Below, in pieces: positions 24,371 to 37,591 of a DNA stretch of 64,000 nt. A program made the position numbers and the translations under genes. Origin of the DNA: Eledone cirrhosa (lineage: Eukaryota); contig OZ024743.1 of NCBI GenBank assembly GCA_964016885.1, forward strand, positions 96,534,001-96,598,000, read 5' to 3'. The notes under the pieces were generated by a model. It was not told where the DNA came from. It saw nothing but the letters and a program-made list of their open reading frames with translations, and ran no database searches. Each line of letters starts with the position of its first letter. The stretch's first letter is position 1.

Positions 24371-25879
24371 CTCTTCAGATGTGTAATAAATGAATAAATC
24401 ATTGGGTAAGAGTAGATTTATTTAAGTTTATTAATGGAAGCAGAATTGTTGAAGGATGTCCAATAGAAACCTAATTTCTGTTAGGATTAGAGCAAGTAAA
24501 ACAAAGATTTGAATTGATAATTCAAAATTCCTGAAGAAAATTATCAAGAAAAATAATAAAAGCATTCTTGTAAAATTATCCTAATTTTCAAAATTGCATG
24601 CATGCACACATTTACAGATATAATTGCATATTGGATTTTTGTATCAATATATGTGAATGTGTAGATGCATATGTGAATATGTAAGAATTTGAGAAAGTGT
24701 GTTAGAATTCAATAAGATAACAGAAAAAGGAAGAGAAAATGATGACCTGGGAAAGGAAGATGGGGAGAGGGAAATAATGTGATTTAAAGTAATGAATGGA
24801 AAAATGGAAAAAAAAAGAAAAAATAATAGAGAAATGAAGAGTGAGCAAGAAAGAGGAGGGAGAGAGAGAGAAGGGGATATATATATATATATATAGGGAG
24901 TGAGAGAGAGAGAGAGGGAGCAATAAATAAAGGAAATGAGGTGAAGGAAGGGTGAGATGGTATTTAAATAGCTGTTGTATATTATTAACCTCTAGTATTT
25001 GAAGATAAGGCCCAGTGTTGATTATAACTCATGAACTGATCATTCAGTTTCCAAACAGGGTATTATTATCCTTTGTAACCTAAAATAAGATTACTTTTTA
25101 AATAAAGATATACAGAAATATTTGCTTCTTGATTGCATGCAAACTACGTCTTTTGTTAGAGATAAGATACATACTGCGAATGAGGGCAATAGTTATTGTT
25201 GTAAGCAAATTGATCTGTATGGAAGATTACTATGAAAACATTTGTTGTATACAATCTTGTGCTATCCCAACATTGTTGCCTGACCAGTATTAACTTCAAA
25301 GTACTGAGTAACAAAAAGACATTTCCGTCTGTGTGATATTACACTAATCAAAATTACAGTCCTAATTAGGGCTTGTAAGATGAATGAGTCACTTGAGTGT
25401 CATTGATTTAAAAAAAAAAAAACACATTATCTTTATGCCACACTCATTTTCTTTTCACTTTGTAAAATACTGAAATACTTTGATGTACAAACTACATTTC
25501 TCCTGAAGTCAATGGGTATTGATTAGTTGTTAGAGGGTTCTTTTAGTACAGAAATTTACATCTGGTTCCTTTGTTCCATGATTTTGAACCTAAATATTAG
25601 TTGATCAGTTTTAAACAAACCAGTCTACACATCCCTCTCAAAGATGGAAGGTAACGCTTAACCCTTAACCGTTAACCCTTTTCTGACTATATTGTACGCA
25701 AAACACTACCTCTTCTAAAATTAATGATGAAATAAACCAGCAATTTTAGAGTGTCTTAGTAATATAACAAACCTTTTTTTTTATTTGTTTATTTGTTTAT
25801 TTTATATCAAGATTTTAACAATAACTTCCTTGGTATAGGATTTCAATGGGCCAATTCCTAGTTCACTGCATTCTGATTG

Positions 25880-26105
25880 TTAACCCTTTAGCATTCAAAC
25901 CGGTTGTATCTGGCTAGAATTCTTTCACCTCTTTCTGTTCAAACAGGCCGTAACTGGCCACTCATACTGATGTTAAGGTATTGTTCTGCAAATAAATAAT
26001 ATCAAAATCTCATAGATTCAATATTATGTGAGATATTATGTGAGAAAGCATTTACCATGAAAATACAATAGTAGATATAGAGTAATGTAAATGCTAAAGG
26101 GATAA
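25880..26105 (+). mobile_element. piggyBac-like MITE (second family)
   Basis: TIR ttaaccctttagcatt ... aatgctaaagggataa; reversed relative at 34462-34610. Confidence 0.65.
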
Positions 26106-26840
26106 AGTAGAGTTGAACTTCACCAAATATTGCAAAAGACTTTGTTATAGGAACACATATTTTAAAAATTTCTTTGCTAATGATAAAACCAGAACATACA
26201 TGCACATGCATCACAAATACACACACACACACACATGTTAATGCATACATACATGCATACACACACACATACATACATGTCTGACAGGCCTCTACATTCT
26301 TACCCTCAACTATATTGAACTTCCAAAGTATTAACCAATCTTAGACAGTATTAGAAGACACCTTACCAAGGTTCCATACAGCGGAATAGTAACTTAAACC
26401 ATGTGGTTGAAATTGTACTTTTTCACCACATAGCCATTCCTCATTTTTGTTGTTGACCACTGTATAGGTGTTACTGACACCAACACAAGAGAAGTTGTTT
26501 CATCCACTGTAGGTTAAATGGGACCTCTTCACTCCATACAGTCCACATTTAGAGTCACCATATTTAATTTTAGTGTCACAATACTAGTAATGGTATGCTA
26601 GTCTTTTCTAATATAGTCAGTTGTCATTTCCTTCACAAGGTTCAGTTTCTTGAGCTCATTTTTCATAACATCACCCAATGTCTTCCTTAGGTTCCCTCTT
26701 GAACAAGTTCTGACTTCTTTGAGCACTTGACATCTTTATATACTACTCAATTTAAGATAAAGTCCAGATCTTAAAATGTCATTCTTGCTAATGAAAATAA
26801 TCATTTATGTCTCCCTCTATATATATATATATATATATAT

Positions 26841-27031
26841 ATAACGAAGGAAATGTGGTAAGGAACCAGGTGGACTATAACGCACCAAAGTACTCAATAC
26901 TTAGGGTAGTAGAGTGGGTAATAGGAACAAGTAAGACTCCGACGGCTGAGCTCAAGCCGTTTCGACGGCTAATTCTGTCCAGAATTAGCCGTCGAAACGG
27001 CTTGAGCTCAGCCGTCGGGGTCTTACTTGTT

Positions 27032-27036
<5 letters not shown>
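26841..27036. mobile_element. TA-flanked fold-back element; 116-bp palindrome holding the 3' half of a hammerhead
   Basis: Hairpin 26921-27036 (axis 26978-26979); GAAAC-ggct-tgagctc-agcc-GTC-ggggtc on both strands. Confidence 0.75.
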
Positions 27037-27060
<24 letters not shown>

Positions 27061-27066
<6 letters not shown>

Positions 27067-27630
27067 ATACTTTGGGAGGGTCATGTTGCCATTAAGAAAC
27101 ACACGCACCAGTTATTATAATAAATTTATAAATTTAGGAATTTATGAATTTCCGGTTGGTTGGTTCCACAACCAGATGATTGTTTATATATTGTCAAAGT
27201 TCTTTCGTCACACATTCTGTGACCTCTTCAGTGACTGGGGATTCTTTTCTTTGTTTTTGTGCCTCTCCTTTTCTGAAAAGGAGAGGCACAAAAACAAAAA
27301 CAAAAACAAAAACAAAAACAAAAAACAAAAAACAAAAAACAAAAAAAAACAAAACAAAAAAAAGAATCCCTAGTCACTGAAGAGGTCACAGAATGTGTGA
27401 CGAAAGAACTTTGACAATATATAAACAATCATCTGGTTGTGGAACCAACCAACCAACCGGAAATTTATAAATTCCTAAATTTATAAATTTATTATAATAA
27501 ATTGAAGTGAAAGCAACTGGTGTGTGTGTGTTTCTTATTGGCAACATGACCCTCCCAAAGTATAACAATATCGGTTTCAACACACGTTTTCAGATAAAGA
27601 ATCTTGCTAAACAAATTCAGAAACGAAATA
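27061..27630. mobile_element. Large fold-back Penelope-like pLTR remnant with two mirror hammerhead-like motifs
   Basis: Arms 27061-27273 and 27275-27570 are inverted about the axis at 27274; (TA)n on both sides; ends in MTLPKYNNIGFNTRFQIKNLAK. Confidence 0.75.
27373..27415 (+). ncRNA. Minimal type I hammerhead-like motif (mirror copy 27193-27235 on minus strand)
   Basis: gtca-CTGAAGA-g-gtcaca-gaatg-tgtgac-GAAA-gaac-TT-tgac. Confidence 0.6.
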
Positions 27631-27752
27631 TATATATATATATATTATATATATATATAGAGAGAGAGAGGGTTCCTAATGATTTCTACCGAATGAAACA
27701 GTTCTAGTCCTGCAGAAGCCTTTCTATATTAAATATATATATATATATATAT

Positions 27753-27948
27753 ATAACGAAGGAAATGTGGTAAGGAACCAGATGGACCATAACGCACCAA
27801 AGTACTCAATACTTAGGGTAGTAGAGTGAGTAATAGGAACGAGTAGGTCCCCGACGGCTGAGCTCAAGCCGTTTCGACGGCTAATTCTGGACTCCAGAAT
27901 TAGCCGTCGAAACGGCTTGAGCTCAACTGTCGGGGTCCTACTCGTTCC

Positions 27949-27951
<3 letters not shown>
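27753..27951. mobile_element. TA-flanked fold-back element (sister of 26841)
   Basis: Hairpin 27833-27951, axis 27892; same leader and HHR 3' half. Confidence 0.75.
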
Positions 27952-27980
<29 letters not shown>

Positions 27981-28274
27981 TAGATAAATATACACGGGTG
28001 TGTATGATTGTGTATAAAAGATTATATTAATAAAAGGAATTCCAACTTTGTCTGATTTACTCGTTTTATTTACAATCCTTTAAAATTTATAATGGTATTA
28101 GAATGAAATAGTATGGTAGAATATTAAATGTTAAGTGTTAATTGAACAAGTACTTTCATGCTTTCGCAATCTTCAGGTTCATATTGTGTGGTGACAGTCA
28201 AGTTTGCAATTTTCAACTGTGACAGTTGAAAGTTGGAATTCCTTTTATTAAAATATATATATATATATGTAGTG

Positions 28275-28580
28275 AAGGCATATGGCTTGGTGATTAGAGT
28301 GTTCAGCTCATGATCCTGAGGAGATAGCATTGATTCCTGCTGGTTCATTGTGCAAGACACTTTATTTTACAATGCTTCTGTCAGCTAAGCTGACAAATAT
28401 GAGTTGTACTTGTATTTGAAAGAGTTAGATTTCCACACACTGTATCACGCTGAATCTTCCAGAGACCTATGTTAAGGGTACAAGTGTCTGTGGAATGTAC
28501 AGCCACATGTATTTAATTTCATAAGCAGGCTGCTCCTTTGTTCATATTGCTGGAAAACTTATTATTAGAACAGACAGAAA
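28275..28580 (+). mobile_element. Degenerate tRNA/CORE SINE
   Basis: ggcatatggcttggtgattagagtg..gcaagacactttatttt; body shared with 18960-19140. Confidence 0.6.
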
Positions 28581-29867
28581 TCCAAACACACACACACAAG
28601 TGTGTGTGTGTGTGTTTATGGATACGTGTATATATGTATGTATGTGCATATGCATGCATGTGTGTGAATGCATTCATTAATGTTTGTTTATTCATTTTAA
28701 AATTTCATCAGATAGAAAATGGAACTTTACTATGCTGAAACAATTTTGTTAAATTTGAAGTTGTGATGTATAAAATTTGATTATTAAAAGTCATGAATAC
28801 AATTTCTTGAAAATTTTAAGAAATAGTATCTTAATAACAGAAAAATGAATCCTACAACTTCATGATAATAATTGCAACAAATTATATTAGATGAAATTAA
28901 ATTAATTGTTTGAAACATCAATAATAAATTACTAACAATTCTAGAAAAAGAATGTTCAGTCTGTCTAAGTTATCTAGAGAAAATATTTTTGAAATTCATT
29001 TTGAAGTTGAACAATTTAAAGAAATATTTCAGTAATATTTTCAGATTCACCCTTGTTAAAAAAATAACAAAATAATAAAACTTTTATCCTTTGTTGTAAG
29101 TTGATGAATGCTAACAAAAGGAATATGAGTTTAATTTCTTGGCAATTTTAATAACAAAGCATTTTATATAGACAGTGATACAAAGTTATATATCAAAGTC
29201 TGGTGATGGAGAGATGAAGATGCCTCACATGAATTAACTATCTCGTTAGCTGTTTTAGATTTACTATTAATAAAGCACCCAATTTAATTAATGTTCTATG
29301 TTTCTGGTCTCTAATCTGAAGTTTGAGCTATTATCTAGCTTCATAAAAGTGTGTTCTGTCTTATTGATGAACATTTAATGAAATATTAATAATATCTGAA
29401 GAGTATAAAAATTAAATATCAATAAATTGAAAAAAACATAAAAGAAATATTACACTTCATTTCTTTTTTTATAGAAACATCTCTTATTTCAACATTTTGT
29501 CCTCTCAAACCAAAGATCTTGTCATATTCCTTTACCTGTTTTCTTTTCACCACACACACACACACACATACACATAAACACACGCACATGCACGCACACA
29601 CACGTACACACGCACGTACACACACACACACACACTATCATCATCATCATTATCATCAATTTTTTACATGCTTGCATGAGTTAAGTCAATACATTTTGAG
29701 GCCAGTTTGATAGAGTAGGATGACTTCTATGATAAAGAAATGATACCTTTATTTTAAGTATGGTATATATAATTAACATTTGGTGAACATTTGTCTACAC
29801 TGTTTATGGAGGACAGACATTGTCATCACATAAGCAGTGTTGATATGACCCTTGCAGTAACTGGAAT

Positions 29868-30512
29868 GTACACACATACAGACACACACATACAGACACA
29901 CACATACGGGCACACACACATACAGTCACACACATACGGGCACACACATACAGACACACACATACGGGCACACACACATACAGGCACACACATACAGACA
30001 CACACATACAGGCACACACATACAGGCACACAAATACGGGCACACACATACGGGCACACACATACAGGTACACACATACAGACACACACATACGGGCACA
30101 CACATACAGACATATATACATACACACACATACAGGCACACACATACAGGCACACACGCATACAGGCACACACATATAAGCACACACATACAGGCACACA
30201 CATACAGGCACACACACATACAGGCACACACATACAGGCACACACACACATACAGGCACACACATACAGACACACACATACAAGCACACACATACAGACA
30301 TATATACATACACACACATACAGGCACACACATACAGGCACACACACATACAGGCACACACACACATACAGGCACACACATACAGGCACACACATACATA
30401 CAGACACACACATACAGGCACACACACACATACAGGCACACACACATACAGGCACACACACATACAGGCACACACATACAGGCACACACACACATACAGA
30501 CACACACACACA
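29868..30512. repeat. Compound (CA)-rich minisatellite, ~14-bp unit cacacacatacagg
   Basis: Direct inspection; source of the spurious HT/VC-rich ORFs. Confidence 0.9.
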
Positions 30513-30702
30513 TTACTTTTACAGTGAAGATCTGAACTAAGCTTAGTTTTCAACAGAAACAGTGTAATGGAAGGTGAAAGTGATTTTTTTTTTTGCTCCA
30601 CTTTCAAGCATTAACTGAATGAGAGCTCAATACTTGTGAGTAGAGTATATCTATTTTGTGGAGAAAAAGGTGGCAATGGCTCCAAAGATTCAACATTGAT
30701 AC

Positions 30703-30748
<46 letters not shown>

Positions 30749-30750
<2 letters not shown>

Positions 30751-31876
30751 CATCATCATCATCATCATCACCGTTTTACGTCCGTTCTTCCACGCTAGCA
30801 TGGGTTAGACGGGTTGTCCTGTTGTGGGCAGTGTCTGGTCGGCTGACCATGCCTTGCTCATACAGGAACTGATCTGGCTTGATTTCTACAGCTGGATGCC
30901 CTTCCTAACACCAACCTCATTTACAGTGAGTGCTGGGTGCTTTTTCGTGGCGCCTACACGTCCACTTTACAGTGTGGGCTGGGTGCTTTTTTGCCGTGGC
31001 ACCTCCACGACCACCTTGCGGTGGGGGGGGGGGCATATTGTTTATATGCTTCAGCATGTACCCATGGGAGGTCGGGTACCCTGTATTACTGCGTGACGCC
31101 AGAAGTCACGGTCGTGTGTCATTGACTTTGAGAGGTGTAGTTGGGTAAGGTCGGCTTTTATCACCTCATCCCAAGTCATCTTGGGTCTCCCCACTCCGCG
31201 GTTTCCATCAACTTCTAGTGCTCTGCACCTTTTTATGCAGCTGTCATCCTTCATACGCATCACATGTCCATACCAGCGTAACCGCCTCTCCTGCACGCAG
31301 CATTTGATTCCTCTTATGCTCAGTCTCTCTCTCAATTCCTTTATGCTTTGTCGTTCACGTATATTACTGTTACACATCCATCGGAGCATGCAGGCTTCGT
31401 TTCTCTCTAATCTACGTAAGTCTTCCACCTTCAGCGCCCAGGTCTCACTACCATGCAACATCGCTGTTCGGATACACGCATCATACAGTCTGCCTTTCAT
31501 TCTGAGGGAGAAGCCTTTTGCAGCTAGCAATGGTAGTAGTTCCCTAAACTTCTTCCATCCCGTTCTTACCCTAGTTATTGTACTTTCTGAGCACCCACCT
31601 CCGTTGCTAATTCGGTCACCTAGGTAGCAGAAGCTGTCTACTGTTTCTACAGGGCCCTCCCAGAGATTGGTGGTACTTGTTTCCTGTGGCTGTTTGCTTG
31701 CTGTTTCAGCACAGCTGCTGCATGTGAATCCTACATTCTTAATTAAGCTTCCTGAGATCCCGCTACATCTCTTGTGTACCCATTGTTTGCATTTGGGGCA
31801 GAGAATGGAGTTCCTACCTACACCTTTCCTACATACTGAGCAAGGCCATTTCCCTGAGGGGATCTGGGTTCTGTTT
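30749..31876 (-). mobile_element. 5'-truncated RTE LINE (subfamily B)
   Basis: ORF 31051-31530 RTE C-terminus; PSGKWPCSVCRKG..HKRC PHD; flanked by (TA)n. Confidence 0.95.
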
Positions 31877-33079
31877 TATATATATATTAGGTATAGGATT
31901 ATCCAAGATATAGTAAATTTGCACATAGCATAACTAGGCTGTAGTACCACCGTGGAAACATTTGTAAGCACACGGAATAAATTACCTTTTATGATGTCTA
32001 CCTGTTATTATTCATTCTTTATATATATATATATAAGGAAAAGAAATCGAAAATGCAACTGGAGTCTTTTTAAGAATATGTATTTATTTCCTTTACCAGT
32101 TTCACAGTTCTTATGCTTTTCAAAAGTAGAATTGAGATGGAGGGTTTAACACCATTGTGTATGTCAATATACAGAAAATACTCAATACTTTAATAGTTTT
32201 CAGTAGAGTGTAATATGTTTTGTGAGTTGCTACTTGGAATTTCACTTTCCTGATCCTGAGGCAACAAAGACACTGCTGATGCTAGAAAGAAGAAAATATT
32301 TATTTTATAAAAATATATATGTATAAATGTCACATTATGTATGTCTTTTTCTTACGAATTCCTTCAATTCAAATAATGAAATTCTTTACTGTTCATCATT
32401 ATTTTAATCTGTTACTAAGAGCAAAAAATCTTTAAAATCTGTTCTATACTTTCACAAAATTGAGCAGCTCTGCATTAAAAAGATCCAATTGCTCTTTCAT
32501 TCTTTTCAGACCCCTGTGTTTTCTTAGCATTTTATTTTATCAATATCTGTAACCAAACCCATTGCATATATCAATAGTAAATGCAAGAGTTATTTGAAAT
32601 TATTTTTATATATTAGATAACATCCTTAACACTATGCTAATAGATTTCTTTTCTGAATTGTCTTTACCTCAACACTCCTCCAGAATGTAAGGTTTGTTTA
32701 AGTATATTATGAGGTTTTGATAGAGTTTATAGAAATACAGTGTGCTATTATTCACACTAATATGTGACAAGGAACCCACACACCCACCTAACTGCCCCTG
32801 CTTGTCTTAGAACAAGACAGCATCATTAATATTGATTCCACTATAAAGAGCACCCTGTATTCTCTATAAAGTGATTGGAACTTTAATGAATAAACAAAAC
32901 AGGTTTTCCATATTATCACCAAAAGATATCATCATTATTACTTTTCTATTAATATAATAATATAATGCTTACAGAATGAAAATTTAAACACATATAATAA
33001 ATAAAATTAATGATTACTAGAAACTTTATAAATGTAATGTACAAAAATATATGATCATAGCAAGAGAAAAATATAAACA

Positions 33080-33600
33080 AAAAACACAAATTCACCACCA
33101 AGTGCATCAATCGGTCATCACAAGGGTCAATGGAAATTTTTGAGGGAAGCCAACATGCTCGGAGCATTACTGCGGGTGATGGCAAGGCTAAGGCACTGAA
33201 ACCAGCTACCCTCACGGGCATCACCAGACACCTTGGTAAGGCAAGCTGCTAATGATGACAAGAACTTCACTGTCAGCAGCCCAGCTCCACTTGAATGCCA
33301 CAGGCTGGAAAAAATAGTTATTTGATATTTCCTGGTATTTTAGGATGTCATTCTATTTGGCAATGGAAGCAGTGACCCTCACATTTTCTGAAGCATCCAT
33401 GATATGGGAGGGAGCAAAAGAGTCACCAACTGTGGCATCCCACATGAGACATCTGCCTCTTACCCAGGGACAAAGGGTAAGACCATTTGGTCTCTTCTAT
33501 TTAAATTCTGGATAATCCAGCTAGCTCCAGAATTGAGGGGATATTTATCTGAGCTAGGGTCGACTTGATGATTAGGTTTAGTTCAGTATATGTTGGTGTT
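33080..33600 (-). mobile_element. Degenerate CRE-clade non-LTR 3' end (restriction-like endonuclease domain)
   Basis: Manual minus-strand translation: NLIIKSTL..IPSILE.AGLSR..KRPNGLTLCPWVRGRCLMWDATVGDSFA..KY..FQPVAF..GDAREG..LSLAI. Confidence 0.7.
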
Positions 33601-33689
33601 TACACTGAATTTCACATATATATGTATATTTCCCACCCTTGAAAGCAAGGAAAAGCAGACATAAAATGATGATGATGATGATGATGATG

Positions 33690-34000
33690 GTCTCCCTATA
33701 TTGGTCAGCTGAGGTACATGTGCATTCTCACAATTCTACATCCCAACAGCAACATTTTGAGTTGTCATATGTCAACTCAAAATGTTCAAGGATTATTTCC
33801 CTTTCAAAAGCTCTCTAATATATAAGATATCTTCTGACGAGCACTTCCTCAAACTGGTTGAATGAACACAGATGCTCCCCCCCTCCCTCCCAGTTTTCAT
33901 CTTTCTTCCTATTTTCACTATCCTTCTATATTCATATTTCTTTTTATTTCTTATTCTGTCATCTCATGAAGGAATAAAAGCAGAAATTTTAAGACTCTTT
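33690..34000 (+). pseudogene. Possible highly eroded Penelope GIY-YIG 3' end
   Basis: tat att ggt cag (YIGQ), later frameshifted IF..LPQTG/LNE, then ctcatgaag...agaaat resembling a decayed HHR. Confidence 0.25.
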
Positions 34001-34461
34001 TCTTACTATATCAAGCGTTAAATTAATATATATCTTCATTATACTGTGTTATTTGCTGCATTGTTCTCCATTTACTATTTGTACACACACACATATACAT
34101 GTGTATCATCATCATTTAAGCGTTACTAGCCAAGGTTAGATGTGTCATCACATACCAAGTCTAATTAATCAGACTAACCACTGAGATGCTCTGGGGTCCC
34201 ACATCATGATAGGTAGGTTTTTATCAGTTGTGTCAAAGACATGACAATCTTTATAGTGTTAATGATCTATATAATAAACATCGTAAGGTGGTTGGTGACA
34301 GGAAGGGCATTCAACCATAAAATATATGCCAAAGGGTTGTTCAGAGGACCCTTTACTTATGTCAAAGATATGACAACCTCCCTAGTGCTGGTGTTATGAT
34401 AAAATAAACTCAATAAAGCATGGAATCATATGTAAGTGAGATGCAGGACCCATATTCCTGC

Positions 34462-34610
34462 TTAAACCTTTAGCGTTTACATTACTCTGTATATACTAAT
34501 ATACTTATATACCTTAACATAAGCATGAGCAGCCATTTATGGCTGGCTTGAACGGAAAGAGGTGAGAGAATTCTGGATGGATATAGCTGGTTTAAATGGT
34601 AAAGGTTTAA
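34462..34610 (-). mobile_element. piggyBac-like MITE (25880 family)
   Basis: ttaaacctttagcgttt ... aaatggtaaaggtttaa. Confidence 0.55.
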
Positions 34611-35249
34611 GCACTGACTTGGACTGTGAACACCTATCCAACCCTTCCTAGCAGGGAAAACGGATATTACATGATGATCTATATGAAAGCATGGAAAGGT
34701 GGACGTAAAATGATTTTGGTGATAATGATGATAATATGTAGAAAGTATGTTAGCTTGAGAAAACTTCTACAAAGCATGAAGTATAAAAGTATAAAGAGTT
34801 GGAAAAAATAGAAATGCCTGTGGGAAACAAACTCCCCTCTGCTGTTTGACAGATGGCTGCATCACCCTTACATCAAAGCTCTTCTAGCCATGTTAGCCAT
34901 TTCTTTTATAAGCTTTATCTCTCAGCCAAGAAATGTAAACAACAATGATTAATCACTATACAAAATACTGGGCAAATTTGAAATTTTCAATGTGTGTTAG
35001 CTTGTGAAAGCTGCTACAATAAATGTTTAGATACTTAACTATAAAACAGAACTTTGTTGCTAACAAGGAAAATGATGTTACCTGAATAACACTTAATATA
35101 TGTAAGCAAAATGTAAATTCTATTTTCTGAAGAGAAAATGTGGCAGTGACTCCGAAGTTTCAGCTTAGTATGTTTGTGTGCATATATATATGTATGGAAG
35201 TATGCGCACGTACGCACACATATATATATACACACACATATATATACAC

Positions 35250-35473
35250 CCTCCCACTGCAAAGTGGACGTAGAGGTGCCACGGCAAAAAAGCAGCCAGC
35301 ACTCACTGTAAATGAGATTGGTGTTAGGAAGGGCATCCAGCTGTAGAAAACAAGCCAAAATCAGTTCCCGTATGAGCAAGACAAGGTCAGGCGACCAGAC
35401 ACTGCCCACAACAGGACAATCCGTCTAACCCATGCTAGCGTGGAAGAACGGACGTAAAAGGGTGATGATGATG
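35250..35473 (+). mobile_element. RTE 3' UTR fragment (subfamily B)
   Basis: Matches 17560-17830 with one pseudoknot unit. Confidence 0.85.
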
Positions 35474-36014
35474 ATATGTATACATACACACACATATATA
35501 CATATAACCCGTAAGTACATATTATGTATATCGAACATTAATAATAATGCTAGGAAAAGAAATAAAATTCTAATTTTATATATATATATATATATATACA
35601 TATATGAGTCTTCTTTACAGTTTTTAATCCATCAAATACATTAACTTGGCATTGGTTGGCCTAGGGCTAGTTCGATTGAACCTGAATCCATATAGTTCAC
35701 TAAAAAACTAAAAAATTGGTCTGGTGGGATACGATGTTTGGAAAGAGAAACTGAATGATAGATGGAGAAAGTAGGCCGTAAAATGGTCTCCACAATACAA
35801 TGACAATGAATAGCGAGGGATAAATGGAGGAAATATGCTTATGATATTTTGTACTTTACTGTAAATGGAAATAATATTAAGAAAAATATATGTGTGTATG
35901 TGTTTATATATATGATGATATATATATGTATATATATATATATCATCATCATCATAGTTTAATGTCTATCTTCCATGCTAGCATGGATATATGTATATGC
36001 ATTTATACACACAT

Positions 36015-36370
36015 ATTCGTAGAAACCACTACAAAATAACAGTGGTTGGACTAGAAAAATACTTCGAAGCAAGTTTAGGAAACCTGATTAGTGTAATAAG
36101 GAAATATGAAACTATAAAAAAACTCCAATAACAAACAAAACTTCAAATCTTTTTTTCTGAATACATGGAAATACAAACTGGAAACTACATTGAAGAAAAA
36201 TATTTACAGAAGGAAAAAATAATAGGAAAAGTTAAAAAACAAAAAAGAAAACAACAACAATCCTGACAAAATCAAGATGGAATTCCAAAATATCTTGAAG
36301 AATGGAAAGAGAAACGACTCCATTACGAATACCCCATAAGACTCGAGAAAACATCTGATTTTTGCTGAGC
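36015..36370 (+). mobile_element. Degenerate R4/Dong-like ORF fragment
   Basis: YKITVVGLEKY..., EEWKEKRLHYEYP resembling the W..K.LHG motif also seen near 45930. Confidence 0.45.
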
Positions 36371-36534
36371 AGGACTAATGCTTATATTTATGATTTTGTT
36401 ATCTATATACATGTGTGTATACATACTTATACACACATGTATCTGTATATACATATGTATATACACACATACAGATGCTGTATAGGTAGGAATACTATAT
36501 CTTTCACTCAATGTAATCTATAGCTGCACAGAAG

Positions 36535-37412
36535 ATGCAGCAGCTTTACAAGCAGTTTCCAGATACAGAGAATTTTCCATGTTGCAGATGCACAGGAATA
36601 GTTAGCAGCAAGAAAACCCATGAAATGGCTTCATTTTTTGTGTGTGTGTGTGTGTGCTCAGAGTTCTCTGTAGAAGTAGCTGATAGATTCTGTTACATAT
36701 ATGACATAATTGCCAGTAGGAGAAATTATTCTGAAAGCAAAGTAAAGAGGATAATAAAAGGAATGGAAAATGTTGAGGGAACTGTTGTCCCTTTCAATCA
36801 GAGAGAATCCCTGAAAGTTTGTTGGATTCTTGTGGTTAAAGTGGCACAGAAGAAAAATATGAATATTGAATATAGAAGGGATTTATGGACGATGGAAAAA
36901 AATCTAGTCGAGTATCCTCTGCAGGACATGTAATGTTAGTGTAATAATAGTGAACATTGGCAGTATCGGTAGAGCATCAGAGACCATGCTTTGCAGCATA
37001 GAGTTATGGCCCTTCATAGTCTGAGTTCAAATCTCGCCAAGGTTAACTTTGCCTTTCATCCTCACGGGGTCGATGAAATAAAGTACCAGTAATGCACTGG
37101 GGTAATTGCTGGCCTTGTGCCAAAAGTATAAACAATTATTGTGTACAGTGCTCAGGTGCAGTACAATATGTATGAACAATAGTGCACAAATGAGACTGGA
37201 TATGAGAGGAGCAGAGATTGAGTTAGTATAGAGATTTGATACATGGAGGATGTTCGTCCAAGGAGTAAAGAGGAATAAAATAGCAGAAGCTAATCTCTGA
37301 ACTTCATACAGCAGATGACAAAGGACTGCAACAAGTGGCAAGACACTCTTATAAAGCCTCATCTCACCCATGCAAGTATGGAAAGCAGACATAGGAGGAT
37401 GATGAGGATGAT
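36535..37412 (+). mobile_element. Old RTE fragment with nested Meta-like SINE (36955-37140)
   Basis: FPCCRCTG..SVEVADRFCYIYD remnant; terminal cccatgcaagtatggaaag; SINE core inside. Confidence 0.65.
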
Positions 37413-37560
37413 ATATAGAAATATTACATATATCTTAATGATCCTGTGATTGTACAGGAGAAACTCCAGAGCAATAAGACTCACTACTTGGCCATAATAA
37501 AATATATTTAAATTCTACTTTGGTATTAAGTACTCATTCTCACATCCATCAGTAACCCCC

Positions 37561-37590
<30 letters not shown>

Positions 37591-37591
<1 letters not shown>

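Noticed and set aside
29791-30607. His/Thr- or Cys/Val-rich protein ORFs
   Set aside because: Products of the (CA)-rich minisatellite, open in several frames on both strands
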